A stretch of DNA of 58,345 bases from a virus (IMGVR_UViG_3300003937_000384:1-58345), one strand, 5' to 3'. Positions 25,846 through 34,667 are shown, counted from the first letter of the stretch. A program made the numbers and translations. Notes: a model not told the origin generated them from the sequence alone.

Positions 25846-25882
25846 GGCATTTCGGTGCTTGCCGGATAAGCATTCTAGTGCT
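25846..25882. promoter_or_regulatory. OR operators between cI and cro
   Basis: GGCATTTCGGTGCT (25846-25859) and AGCATTCTAGTGCT (25869-25882) match the OL palindrome. Confidence 0.72.
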
Positions 25883-25894
25883 ACAAAGTCGGAC

Positions 25895-26215
25895 ATGGAC
25901 GCCGATACCCTCTTGCATCAAACCGTGGTGCGCCTACGTGCGCATGAAGGGAAGTACGCCGAGATCGCCCGGCAGAACCCGGACATCGGCTATTCGTGGC
26001 TGACGAAGCTGGCGCACGGGCAGATCACGAACCCGACGATCGCCAGCCTGCAGCAGCTGATCGACGCGCTGAACGCCTTCGAAGGCCTGGAGCGGGGCGG
26101 CCTGGCCGAAGTGGTGGCGCAGGCGGATCCGGTTATGGATCCGGTTCTGGAACTGCGCGCCGAACCGAGCGGCGACGTGGACGCCGGCCGCATCGTCCCG
26201 CTGGAGACAGCCTGA
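25895..26215 (+). CDS. Cro-like HTH protein
   Basis: YAEIARQ..IGYSWLTKLAHGQITNPTIASLQ. Confidence 0.78.
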   Translation: MDADTLLHQTVVRLRAHEGKYAEIARQNPDIGYSWLTKLAHGQITNPTIASLQQLIDALNAFEGLERGGLAEVVAQADPVMDPVLELRAEPSGDVDAGRIVPLETA

Positions 26216-26505
26216 TGGCTGCGCGGAACCTTGCCAATCCTCAAGATGGGGAGCTCAACGGGTATCACGCTCTCGTTGGGCGGGTCGTCTTGGCCGACTG
26301 GGTGGACTCCCATCGGATGGATGGGTGGCACCGCGGCGACGCGGATGCCTCGCCGATGGCCTGCCGGTCGGCAGGTCTGCTAGTCGCCGCGTCGGAAGAG
26401 GCGGTGGTTGTGGCAGGCAGCTGGTCGACGGAAGAGGAACCTCAGCGCTGCGGCGCGATGACGATTCCAACCAAGGCCCTCATTGCGCTGAGGGCCTTGG
26501 AATGA
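26215..26505 (+). CDS. Phage hypothetical protein
   Basis: TGATG coupling; WVDSH..GW..CRSAGLL..MTIP. Confidence 0.65.
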   Translation: MAARNLANPQDGELNGYHALVGRVVLADWVDSHRMDGWHRGDADASPMACRSAGLLVAASEEAVVVAGSWSTEEEPQRCGAMTIPTKALIALRALE

Positions 26506-26511
26506 CGCTGA

Positions 26512-26652
26512 TTACTTCTTCTTCGGCTTGTTCGGGGCCTGGGTCAGTGCGGATGCCGCGACCGACTTCACTGCCTTCGACGATTTCGGATCACTCAACA
26601 GCTTGGATGCGGTCGATGCGACTTTCTTGCCGGTCTTTTCGTTCTGTGCCAT
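26512..26652 (-). CDS. Small basic protein (46 aa)
   Basis: MAQNEKTGKKVASTASKLLSDPKSSKAVKSVAASALTQ; AAGGA RBS. Confidence 0.65.
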   Translation of the reverse strand: MAQNEKTGKKVASTASKLLSDPKSSKAVKSVAASALTQAPNKPKKK

Positions 26653-26730
26653 TTCGACGTTCCTTGAACGGTGCGGTGGATTCCGCACGGTCAATGGTAG
26701 CCATTGCTGGGCGCATGCAGGGAGGGGGCC

Positions 26731-27165
26731 ATGGCCGCTGAGACGAGGCCTGTCCGCCGGTGGGGCCGGCTTCTTCCCGACCAGCTCAATCCCCGGGTCT
26801 GGGTACGCAACTGGCTGACGAAGCCAACGAAGGCCGAAAGCACCGCAGCTGAGCAGCGGTACCAGGCGGCCCTTGCTGGAATTCGCAGCCAAGCGTTGCG
26901 TGACGCTGCCAGCAGGGCCCGTGCCTTGGATGAAATCGGCGTTTCTCAGCAGCGATTTGACCAGGCGCTTGCCGCCGCGCGCGATTGCGCTACCGCTGAA
27001 GCAATGCTTGCGGGGCAACTTCGAGAGCTACTTGCTCGAATGCGGCAGCGTAACGAGGCGTCGTACCCGTCCCCAGAGGCCCATCCTGACGCCAGCGCAG
27101 CTCCAGTGCGGCCTGAGCGCGATCCCGGGTCCGTTGGTCGCTCACTTCCAGGAGAAGAGGGATGA
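26731..27165 (+). CDS. Phage hypothetical protein
   Basis: GGAGG RBS; 3' part overlaps an antisense ORF. Confidence 0.5.
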   Translation: MAAETRPVRRWGRLLPDQLNPRVWVRNWLTKPTKAESTAAEQRYQAALAGIRSQALRDAASRARALDEIGVSQQRFDQALAAARDCATAEAMLAGQLRELLARMRQRNEASYPSPEAHPDASAAPVRPERDPGSVGRSLPGEEG

Positions 27166-27355
27166 CGGCTTCCATCGCCGCCGCACGCCCGCGCGCGCTG
27201 TCCAAGAGGGAGACAAGTCCCTCGATCGCACTTGCGTGGTCGGCTTGGATCCGCTCCAGATCGTGGATTCGAATGTTCAGCGCCTCGCGCTGCCTTTCCT
27301 GTTCTCCCAATAACTCGTGCAGCTGGTCAATGCGGACCTCGGCTGACAAAGCCAT
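26990..27355 (-). CDS. Coiled-coil hypothetical protein (antisense moron)
   Basis: GGAG RBS; heptad-rich. Confidence 0.5.
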   Translation of the reverse strand: MALSAEVRIDQLHELLGEQERQREALNIRIHDLERIQADHASAIEGLVSLLDSARGRAAAMEAVIPLLLEVSDQRTRDRAQAALELRWRQDGPLGTGTTPRYAAAFEQVALEVAPQALLQR

Positions 27356-27421
27356 GGCGCTTCTCCGGTTGGTGGCTGGTGGTGTGGAAATCCCAGCCTA
27401 CCAGCCGGAGGGCGCCGCCTC

Positions 27422-27730
27422 TTGGAGGAAATGCTGATGGCCCGTCGACACCTCAGCAACCCTCGAGAAGGGGAGAGCCAGGGCCACGGACGTGAGATCC
27501 GCGAGCTGCGCGCGTTGCGCAACCAGGTCCGGGACCTGCAGCGCCAGGTCGATGACCTCACAGCCTGGCGTGCCCAGCGGGAGGCGTCAGCCCGGATAGC
27601 TGCGGCGACGTTGGCGGCGATTGAGGCAGCCCCTTCCAGGGCGTCGAGGGAAGTCCGGCCGGCCGGACTTTTGGCGCGTGTCGCTTCGGCGATGCGCGCG
27701 CTGTTTGCGCAGGGAGGTCGCAATGAATAG
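27422..27730 (+). CDS. Coiled-coil phage protein
   Basis: EIRELRALRNQVRDLQRQVDDL. Confidence 0.6.
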   Translation: MEEMLMARRHLSNPREGESQGHGREIRELRALRNQVRDLQRQVDDLTAWRAQREASARIAAATLAAIEAAPSRASREVRPAGLLARVASAMRALFAQGGRNE

Positions 27731-27885
27731 CGGGCACCAGAAGCGCGGTCGGGCAAGCACACTGCCACCCACCACGCCTACCGTCATGACTGCAGCGCTT
27801 CAGCGCATTGGTGCGCTGGAGCGCCAAGTGCGCGCGCTGCGGGAATCCGCAGCGCGCGGAACCGTCGAAAAACGGGATCAGCCGA

Positions 27886-28281
27886 TTACATGCCCATGCC
27901 AGGAGACTGGTCCTCATCTTCCCGGTCGCGCGCTGCTTGGGCCTCACGCCGCTGAACCTCATGGGCAGCCCGTTGGCGCTGCAATTCCACCGCCGCATTC
28001 TGACGGGTCCGCTCCCGATCGTCCTTCGCCGCTTGAACCTTCTTCTCGACATCCTCAAGTCGCGCAATCACTCGGTCGAGGGCGGCGCGCTTGCTGGCGG
28101 CGACGTTTTTTGTTCGCGCTGTTTGGATGGTCGCCTGAACGTAGGAAAGGAGAACCGATGGTTCGTGATGACTGCCAATAAGCAGCTGAACGAGGGTCTC
28201 CGTCGCCATCAGCTCGTTTTCGAGCGCAGCGATTTTATCGTCGTACTTCGCAAGGCGTTGCTCAAGCTCACTAGGGGTCAT
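27886..28281 (-). CDS. Coiled-coil hypothetical protein (antisense moron)
   Basis: AGGAG RBS before MTPSELEQRL.. Confidence 0.6.
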   Translation of the reverse strand: MTPSELEQRLAKYDDKIAALENELMATETLVQLLIGSHHEPSVLLSYVQATIQTARTKNVAASKRAALDRVIARLEDVEKKVQAAKDDRERTRQNAAVELQRQRAAHEVQRREAQAARDREDEDQSPGMGM

Positions 28282-28389
28282 GCCTTTCTCCTTGGTTGGT
28301 AACGCAAAGCGATTCTGCCATTCGTTCATAAATTTGTCCGCGCGTAAATTGCACCCCTCGCGCGGATCCTCCAACACCCGAGGACTCCC

Positions 28390-28917
28390 ATGCCCTGGAT
28401 CGATGAAACCTGGCTGCAGGACGCACTGGCGGCCCTGAAGGCCACGTGCGATGTCGACGCACACACCCGCAACGCGATGATCCAATTCCTTCTGGACAAC
28501 GGCTTCTGGGACCAGGAGAAGCTGAAGGACTGGACCAGCGCTGTAGCCAAGTTCAACAGCTGCCTCAACCCGAACAAGGCCGAGTTCTTCAAGATCGGCG
28601 AGCTGTGGGCGCTGATGCGCCGCTTCGGCCGCCACCAGCTCTTCCTGGCCATGGCCGCAGATCTCGGCTACGAGGTCCGCCCGATCCCCACCGAGCACCG
28701 CCGGCAGGAGCTGATGCAGCAGCTGCTAGACGTCCAGGCGCAGTGTGCAGCCGCCGTGGAGCGCGCCGCCAGCCAGCTGGAACGCCTCAACACGCCCGCG
28801 CCGGAGCCGCGCCCAGGTGCCATCCATGGACAGGGTCGCGCGCAGTTCAGCACCAGCCCGAGCGATTGGAGCGCGCCCACCAGGGGCAACGCCGTCCAAA
28901 GCGTGGGCTGCCCGTAA
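28390..28917 (+). CDS. Phage regulatory protein (CII position)
   Basis: GAGGA RBS; position upstream of the replication genes; ..CLNPNK..F. Confidence 0.55.
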   Translation: MPWIDETWLQDALAALKATCDVDAHTRNAMIQFLLDNGFWDQEKLKDWTSAVAKFNSCLNPNKAEFFKIGELWALMRRFGRHQLFLAMAADLGYEVRPIPTEHRRQELMQQLLDVQAQCAAAVERAASQLERLNTPAPEPRPGAIHGQGRAQFSTSPSDWSAPTRGNAVQSVGCP

Positions 28918-28934
28918 CGGGATAGGCCTGCGCA

Positions 28935-29981
28935 ATGAGCAACAAAATCACGGAGCTCTGCTGGCCACTGCAGATGCCACCGCCCGCAAAGGCGGTGCTG
29001 ATGGCGATCGCGTGGCACGCAGACGACTTCGGCATGGCCTTCCCGGGCTTCACCACGCTGATCGAGAAGACCTGCCTGAGCAAGACAGCACTGCTCAGCG
29101 CGATTGCGTGGTTGGAAGACAACCAGGTGCTGACCATTCGCCGCGGCGGCAGTGATGCCGGCGGCACCAAGTACAGCAACCGATACAGCCTCAACCTCAG
29201 CCGTCTGGACAAGAACGCATTCGCATCGAAGCCGCGGCGAGCGTCCAAACCGGTTCGCCAGACGGACCGGTCCGAGAGCGACGAGGGTGTTGACCGGTCC
29301 GGCACGCACACCGGTACGGATGCCGAACCGGTCCGCGACACGGACGGGTTTGGAGAGATTGGTGGCGCCGACCGGTACGCCGGAAGTACCGGTGCGCAAG
29401 AACGACCGGTACGTCTCGCGAACTCGACAGGTACGTCTGGCGGACCTGACCGGTCCGTCTCGCGTACTCAACCGGTCCGCGAGACGGACCCTAAAGGTCA
29501 TGAAAGGTCAGTAAAGGTCATTGAATCGTCAAACGCGCAGGTGCGCGACGACGAAGCGGTGGTGCCGCAGCTCAGTGCCGACGAGGTCAATCGCGAGCTG
29601 ATGGGCATCCCCCGTTTGCCGCCGGGTCTGGACCCGCAGGTCCTGGCCAGGTTCGTGCGGCACCGCCGCGTGCTGGGGAAGCCGATGACGATCAGCAGCT
29701 GGTTGGAGCTGCAGCCGCGCTTCCGCCAGCTCACGGCCGACGGCCACGACCTCAACCGCTCCCTGCGCCAGACGATGGCTGCAGGCCTGGCACTGCCCGT
29801 AACACCGAAACCCGAGGGGACCGACCATGCCAACAATTCAGGCTCTGCTGCCGAACGAGTCCGACGTCGAGCAGAAGAAGACGAGCTCCGTGACGCCGCT
29901 GCAGAGGCAGACGCCGCCGCCGGCACAGCAGGCGCCCTTGACGGCCCGGGCTACGCGAACGCTGTGGGTGCGCATGGCTGA
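28935..29981 (+). CDS. Replication initiator (lambda O-like, N-terminal HTH)
   Basis: KAVLMAIAWHADDFG.AFPG..L..KTCLS; internal iterons. Confidence 0.8.
   Translation: MSNKITELCWPLQMPPPAKAVLMAIAWHADDFGMAFPGFTTLIEKTCLSKTALLSAIAWLEDNQVLTIRRGGSDAGGTKYSNRYSLNLSRLDKNAFASKPRRASKPVRQTDRSESDEGVDRSGTHTGTDAEPVRDTDGFGEIGGADRYAGSTGAQERPVRLANSTGTSGGPDRSVSRTQPVRETDPKGHERSVKVIESSNAQVRDDEAVVPQLSADEVNRELMGIPRLPPGLDPQVLARFVRHRRVLGKPMTISSWLELQPRFRQLTADGHDLNRSLRQTMAAGLALPVTPKPEGTDHANNSGSAAERVRRRAEEDELRDAAAEADAAAGTAGALDGPGYANAVGAHG
29247..29480. repeat. Iteron cluster, putative phage ori
   Basis: About 10 copies of ACCGGTnCG inside the initiator gene. Confidence 0.7.
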
Positions 29982-30528
29982 GATCTACGGCTACCGCTGG
30001 ACCAGCGCCTACGGTGAGGATCCCAGCGGCGGCGCTGCCGCGACGTGGGCGAAGGGGCTTGCCGGTCTCACCGGCGAGCAGCTGGCAGCAGGCCTGGGCT
30101 CCAGCATAGCCTCGGCCGATCCGTGGCCACCGACCCTGCCGGAGTTCCGGCTGCGCTGCCTGGGTGTGCCAAGCTTCGCCGCTGTCCGCAACGACACCGG
30201 CCGCCGGGACGGCTTTACGCGCCTGGTGTGGCAGTACCTGGACGGCCATCGCTACCGCACATCGAGTGCCGACAAGAGCGATCGCCTGTTGCGGGAGGCG
30301 TACGACCAGGCGCGCGAATACGTGATGCGCGGCGGTAGCCTGCCGGAAGAGCCGGTGGCGGTCATCGGCCAGGCTGCTGTGGCCACGCCGGTACCGGCCA
30401 GCCCTGAAGCACTCCGCCGTGCTGAGCGCGAGATCGCGGAGATCTTCGGCAAGGGATCTGCAGAGCCAGGCAACGACGACCATCCGCCGGCGACGGGCAA
30501 GATGGCAGCGGCAGGGCTGGATCGATGA
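29827..30528 (+). CDS. Replication protein (P-like / helicase-loader position)
   Basis: LWVRMAEIYGYRWTSAYG..WPPTLPEF; GAGGGG RBS. Alternative start at 29974. Confidence 0.65.
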   Translation: MPTIQALLPNESDVEQKKTSSVTPLQRQTPPPAQQAPLTARATRTLWVRMAEIYGYRWTSAYGEDPSGGAAATWAKGLAGLTGEQLAAGLGSSIASADPWPPTLPEFRLRCLGVPSFAAVRNDTGRRDGFTRLVWQYLDGHRYRTSSADKSDRLLREAYDQAREYVMRGGSLPEEPVAVIGQAAVATPVPASPEALRRAEREIAEIFGKGSAEPGNDDHPPATGKMAAAGLDR

Positions 30529-31064
30529 TCGACCAGGAGCAACTGCGCAGCTACCACCGGTCGCAGGTGCTGTACGCCCTGCAGCAGGCCAGCGAGCCGA
30601 TGACGGCCTCCGAAGTGCACGAGGGCATGACTACCCTGGCGCTGGCCATGGGCCACCCCAGGGAATGCGCGGCGATCACCCCAGCCGCCGTGGCCGGGAT
30701 TCTGCGCGGCATGCTCGGCGAGCAGCTGGTCACCCAGGGCGAAGACAGGGCCAATCGCCGTTATGGGCGTGCCGAACCGACCTGGTCGGCCGCAGCAGGC
30801 CAGGCGCGGGTCCTGCAGCCGGCGGCCCCGGGCAGGAGCACGGCAGCATCTGCTGCCGCGTCACCGATGGCGGGGCAGGGTGCGCAGTTCCGCCAGATCA
30901 CCATTGATCAGCGCCTAGCATTCCTGCAGGCCGAGTGCGCCACGCTCCTGGCGGACGTGACAAAGGAACATGCGGCGTTCGAGCTCCGGGTTCGAAACCA
31001 GCTGGAGGCGTTCGAAGCGCGCGCTGCACGGCTGCTCGGCTTGCCGCAGGACGGTGGCCAATGA
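30525..31064 (+). CDS. Phage hypothetical (winged-helix-like) protein
   Basis: ATGA coupling at both ends. Confidence 0.65.
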   Translation: MIDQEQLRSYHRSQVLYALQQASEPMTASEVHEGMTTLALAMGHPRECAAITPAAVAGILRGMLGEQLVTQGEDRANRRYGRAEPTWSAAAGQARVLQPAAPGRSTAASAAASPMAGQGAQFRQITIDQRLAFLQAECATLLADVTKEHAAFELRVRNQLEAFEARAARLLGLPQDGGQ

Positions 31065-31492
31065 GCAACCGCGGGCTCCGATACAACCGGATTGAGGACA
31101 TGCCGCAGGGCATGCAGCAGCTGGTGCACAAGGCTGGCCAGGCTGCACCTACGCGGGGGCCGGCCGAACACCAGGTGCGTGCACCGATGGAGAAGCGGCC
31201 GAAGTACGGCAACGTGATCACCACCGTGGACGGGATCCGCTTCGACTCCAAGCGCGAGGCGCGCTACTACGAGCAGCTGAAACTGCGGCAGCAGGCCGGC
31301 GAGGTGCATTTCTGGCTGCGTCAGGTGCCGATCCACCTGCCCGGCGGGACCAGGTACGTCCTGGACTTCCTGGTGTTCCTGCGCGATGGGAATGTCGACT
31401 TCGTGGACGTGAAGGGGCGGGAGACGAAGGAGTTCCGCATCAAGAAGCGCGAGGTCGAGCACCACTATCCGATCAAGGTGCTGCTGGCATGA
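31061..31492 (+). CDS. DUF1064-family nuclease-like protein
   Basis: KYGN..VDGIRFDSKREA..Y..DF..DVKG. Confidence 0.85.
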   Translation: MSNRGLRYNRIEDMPQGMQQLVHKAGQAAPTRGPAEHQVRAPMEKRPKYGNVITTVDGIRFDSKREARYYEQLKLRQQAGEVHFWLRQVPIHLPGGTRYVLDFLVFLRDGNVDFVDVKGRETKEFRIKKREVEHHYPIKVLLA

Positions 31493-32445
31493 GCGGTTGG
31501 AGACCCAGCGGCCGCGGAATCGGTACTAGCGTCGACCTCAGTGCGGTGGCCACCACCGACCTGCTGCGCGAGATCGAAGTGGCGTTCCTCAAGGGGAAGA
31601 AGATCCCGTCCTGCGCCAACTGCAACGGCAAGGCGAGGGTGTGCTGGCCTGGCCGCGAGTCGCAGCTGGTGCAGTTCCAATGCCGACATTGTGGGCCCCG
31701 GGGAGCCATCTTCGACAGCAGCGCGCCAGTCCAGTGCGGCCGCTGCGGTTCCACCCCGACCGGCCTATACCCGCGCGGCGCGCAGATGCAGTGCTGCAGC
31801 TGTGGGGCATCCTCAGCTGTGTTCGTTGGCCAGGATCCTGCCGGTGCTCTGGCGGCGGCGCTGGATGCCTGGTGCCGCCGTACACCGGTTCTTCCATCGG
31901 CGGCGGCCGACAGTGCAAGCCTGCGGCGCCGTGGCGCCGCCCCGGATGGCTTCGACGATGAAGGGAAGGGCGATGTGCTGGAGCTGCTGTCGCGCCTACT
32001 GGTCGGTGGGAGCTACCGCATGCCAGTGGAGGGGCGCAGCACCTTGGCGCCGCTGGGCAGCAGCGACATCGCCGGCGCGGTCGGCTACATGCGCAACCCG
32101 CTGGAAAAGCACACCGCGCTCGCCGTAGCGACGAGGATGGGCCCCGCTGCGATCGCAAGGCTCTCCCTCGCGGCCTATCGTCAGGTGTCCAAGGACGTGC
32201 GCGCAATGCGACCGCGGCCGCTGGATCTCGGCAAGCCGGCCGATCGGTGGCGCCTTCGCCTGGTGATCTACGACGCAGCCCACGAACTGGTGTGGCCGGA
32301 GCGGCGCCAGCCGTTCGCTGGCCTGGCCAAGTCCGCAAAGATGCGCAAGGGCAACTACATCAAGGCCCACAAGTGCGCCAGCGCTGTCCTGCAGGAAGCG
32401 CTTCACGGTGGCAGGCTGGGCTTCCGTAAGGCGTTGTGGCGCTAG
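31489..32445 (+). CDS. Zn-ribbon protein at the late-regulator (Q-like) position
   Basis: Four CxxC pairs; last early gene before the late region. Confidence 0.5.
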   Translation: MSGWRPSGRGIGTSVDLSAVATTDLLREIEVAFLKGKKIPSCANCNGKARVCWPGRESQLVQFQCRHCGPRGAIFDSSAPVQCGRCGSTPTGLYPRGAQMQCCSCGASSAVFVGQDPAGALAAALDAWCRRTPVLPSAAADSASLRRRGAAPDGFDDEGKGDVLELLSRLLVGGSYRMPVEGRSTLAPLGSSDIAGAVGYMRNPLEKHTALAVATRMGPAAIARLSLAAYRQVSKDVRAMRPRPLDLGKPADRWRLRLVIYDAAHELVWPERRQPFAGLAKSAKMRKGNYIKAHKCASAVLQEALHGGRLGFRKALWR

Positions 32446-32939
32446 TGACGGAGGGTCAAGGAGTCTTCAAATATTTTGGGAATGAATCGCGTACTTGCGT
32501 CCGCGCGGTCTCTTGCTGCCCGGTAGTCAGCGGTGTGCTGTCGGTATTGCTCGCCCTCTGATGACTGCATGTTGGTCCTGGCAAGAGCCATGGGCGTAAG
32601 CGTCGAAATGACTTGCTCATCAAGCTTTTGAACGACTTCATTTCCGAAGACCCAACGCATTTCATGCTTCAGCATGCTGATCTCGATCAGTGCGTGATCC
32701 ATCTCTTTCTGCCTACCGACCATTGCTGTCTGAACTAGTTCGCGAAAGCGGCTGTAGATCTTGTATCGGCGGTCGAACAGATCCGCAATCAGCTTGTTGC
32801 GCGCTGTTTCAGCTTGCTGGACCGCAGTACGCCACTGCCGCCAAGCAATGCCGCCAACTGCAATTGCGACGAGGGTCTGGGCGCATGCCGTGAAAAATTT
32901 GATTTGTAGTTCCGTCAGTCCTGCCACAGTCTCGATCAT
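32442..32939 (-). CDS. Moron: membrane-anchored hypothetical protein
   Basis: GGAGGG RBS, one TM segment, low GC. Confidence 0.7.
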   Translation of the reverse strand: MIETVAGLTELQIKFFTACAQTLVAIAVGGIAWRQWRTAVQQAETARNKLIADLFDRRYKIYSRFRELVQTAMVGRQKEMDHALIEISMLKHEMRWVFGNEVVQKLDEQVISTLTPMALARTNMQSSEGEQYRQHTADYRAARDRADASTRFIPKIFEDSLTLRH

Positions 32940-33036
32940 TGCGACACCCTCCCTGTATTGGCCTGGATTATTGCATTTGTTAAGGTTTGTTAGGGGCAAG
33001 GATCGTCCGAGCCACAGAGCGAGATGGAGAAGTTAG

Positions 33037-33480
33037 ATGGGTCTGTTTTCTAAACCGCAGCTTCGCACCGAAGTGCTGAGAGCTGCAGATGGTCTGGTCA
33101 GGCTAATGGTGGACACGAGCGCCGAAGCTGAGCCGCTGGGTACTGCTGCTGCAGGCGTTCAACCTTCGGATATCCTGAATGATCCAAAGGGAAAAGAGCT
33201 TGCCGACTTCGTCCAGAATTCACTCCAAGCAGGGGTCAACAACTACCACCGCCTGACCGTGTATCTGCCGTACGTCCACAGTCATTGGGGCGACGAAGCG
33301 GTAGACGTGATCAATGAGCTTTTCCGTAGATTCAATGGTTTGTGGGTTGCGCTTGTGTTCTTGCCTGGCTCGACTGGATCTGAGCGTGACGAGAGAATCA
33401 AGACGCTTCTCGGTGCAGACGACCCGAATGGCGGGAAGCTGTGGGCGCTCAATAATGAGCTGGTTCGGTTGATGCCATAA
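33037..33480 (+). CDS. Moron: hypothetical protein
   Basis: GGAG RBS; divergent from the previous gene. Confidence 0.65.
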   Translation: MGLFSKPQLRTEVLRAADGLVRLMVDTSAEAEPLGTAAAGVQPSDILNDPKGKELADFVQNSLQAGVNNYHRLTVYLPYVHSHWGDEAVDVINELFRRFNGLWVALVFLPGSTGSERDERIKTLLGADDPNGGKLWALNNELVRLMP

Positions 33481-33504
33481 CGTTCACTTAGCTGACCTCA
33501 CTTG

Positions 33505-33538
33505 TTCCTCATGAGGAAGATTTTTTCCTCATGAGGAA
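33505..33538. promoter_or_regulatory. Tandem perfect palindromes upstream of the late region
   Basis: TTCCTCATGAGGAA at 33505-33518 and 33525-33538. Confidence 0.6.
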
Positions 33539-33610
33539 CCGCAGTTGCTTCGGGAACCGAAAGTAGGTTTGAATTCCTACAGTGGGCGTTCTTATGGGCG
33601 CCTCAATTCA

Positions 33611-33668
33611 AAGGCCGTTGATTGACCAGGACGTGGGAGTCCGCTGGTCGATCAGCGGCCTTCTTGTT
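33611..33668 (+). terminator. Long hairpin before the tRNA (tR'-like)
   Basis: AAGGCCGTTGATTGACCAG / CTGGTCGATCAGCGGCCTT followed by CTTGTT. Confidence 0.5.
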
Positions 33669-33745
33669 TGCGGGGTAGAGCAGTCCGGCAGCTCGCGTGG
33701 CTCATAACCACGAGGTCGGTGGTTCGAATCCACCTCCCGCTACCA
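33669..33745 (+). tRNA. tRNA-Met (CAT), initiator-like
   Basis: Cloverleaf; anticodon loop CTCATAA; GGTTCGAATCC; encoded CCA; unpaired 1:72 and A11:U24. Confidence 0.92.
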
Positions 33746-33877
33746 AACGGCCGGTAGTCATGGCCACCACTCAAGCCAGCACATAGGCCGTCGTGAGACG
33801 CGCCGCTGGTGTCCGCGCGACCTTGCAACCGCGGTAGTGGTGGGCCATGCCGGCCTCCTTTCATTGGGGGAACCGCG

Positions 33878-34132
33878 GTGAGCATCAAAGAGCAGATCAC
33901 AACGGACCTGGCGGTCGCAGGTTCGAAGATCGGAGCGGTCGTGAGCGTCACCGCCGCGACGTACTCGCCGGGCTACACCCTGAGCGACTGGGCCCTGATC
34001 GGCACAATCATCTTCACCACGGTGCAGACGTTCACCGTAATGGTGAAGAACTGGGGCGACTGGTCTGCCTGGTGGACCGCGCGGATGGGCAATGCCAAGC
34101 GATTCTGGGCGTGGATCCGCCGCCGTGGCTGA
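33878..34132 (+). CDS. Holin
   Basis: Small TM protein immediately before the endolysin; basic C-terminus. Confidence 0.7.
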   Translation: MSIKEQITTDLAVAGSKIGAVVSVTAATYSPGYTLSDWALIGTIIFTTVQTFTVMVKNWGDWSAWWTARMGNAKRFWAWIRRRG

Positions 34133-34667
34133 CACCAAGCTCAGCACCAAGCAACGCGTCGGTTTCGCCGCCGCGCCGCTGGCGTTGATTGGCGCGCTCG
34201 TCGCTGCCCTGGGCACGAACGACTCGGCGCACGAAGGGCGCCGCTATACGCCGTACTACGACTCGGCCGGCATCCTGACCGTCTGCGCCGGCATCACGGG
34301 CCCGGCGGTGGTGAAGGGTAAGCGCTACACCGACGAAGAATGCACCAGGCTGGAGACGGCCTACGTGCGCACCATGCTCGGCCACATGGGGCAGTGCGTT
34401 CGCGGCGAGTTCGAATTCCACGAGATCAAGGCTTGGGGCCACTTCGCCTACAACATCGGCACGCCGGCCTTCTGTGCCAGCACCGCGGCGAAGCGGCTCA
34501 ACGCCGGCGAGCGCCAGGCCGCATGCACCGAAATGTGGAAGTGGCGGCTCGTCAGGATCGATGGTGTGAAGCGCGATTGCGCGCTGCCGCAGTGGCGTTC
34601 GAAGTGCGGCGGCATCATCGATCGCCGGCAGTGGGAAATGGCCACCTGCCAAGGCCGCCTGCAGTGA
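34125..34667 (+). CDS. SAR endolysin, GH24 lysozyme
   Basis: Ala/Gly-rich N-terminal TM; E-x8-D-x5-T triad (EGRRYTPYYDSAGILT). Confidence 0.9.
   Translation: MADTKLSTKQRVGFAAAPLALIGALVAALGTNDSAHEGRRYTPYYDSAGILTVCAGITGPAVVKGKRYTDEECTRLETAYVRTMLGHMGQCVRGEFEFHEIKAWGHFAYNIGTPAFCASTAAKRLNAGERQAACTEMWKWRLVRIDGVKRDCALPQWRSKCGGIIDRRQWEMATCQGRLQ

Noticed and set aside
27723-28181. + strand ORF after 27422..27730
   Set aside because: The start is coupled, but most of it is Pro/Arg-rich shadow of the better minus-strand ORF 27886..28281; left unannotated.
33746-33860. tRNA-associated HDV-like (theta) ribozyme
   Set aside because: It starts with GGCCGG like HDV, but the pairings are nested rather than double-pseudoknotted, and the conserved L3/P1.1 sequence is not seen.
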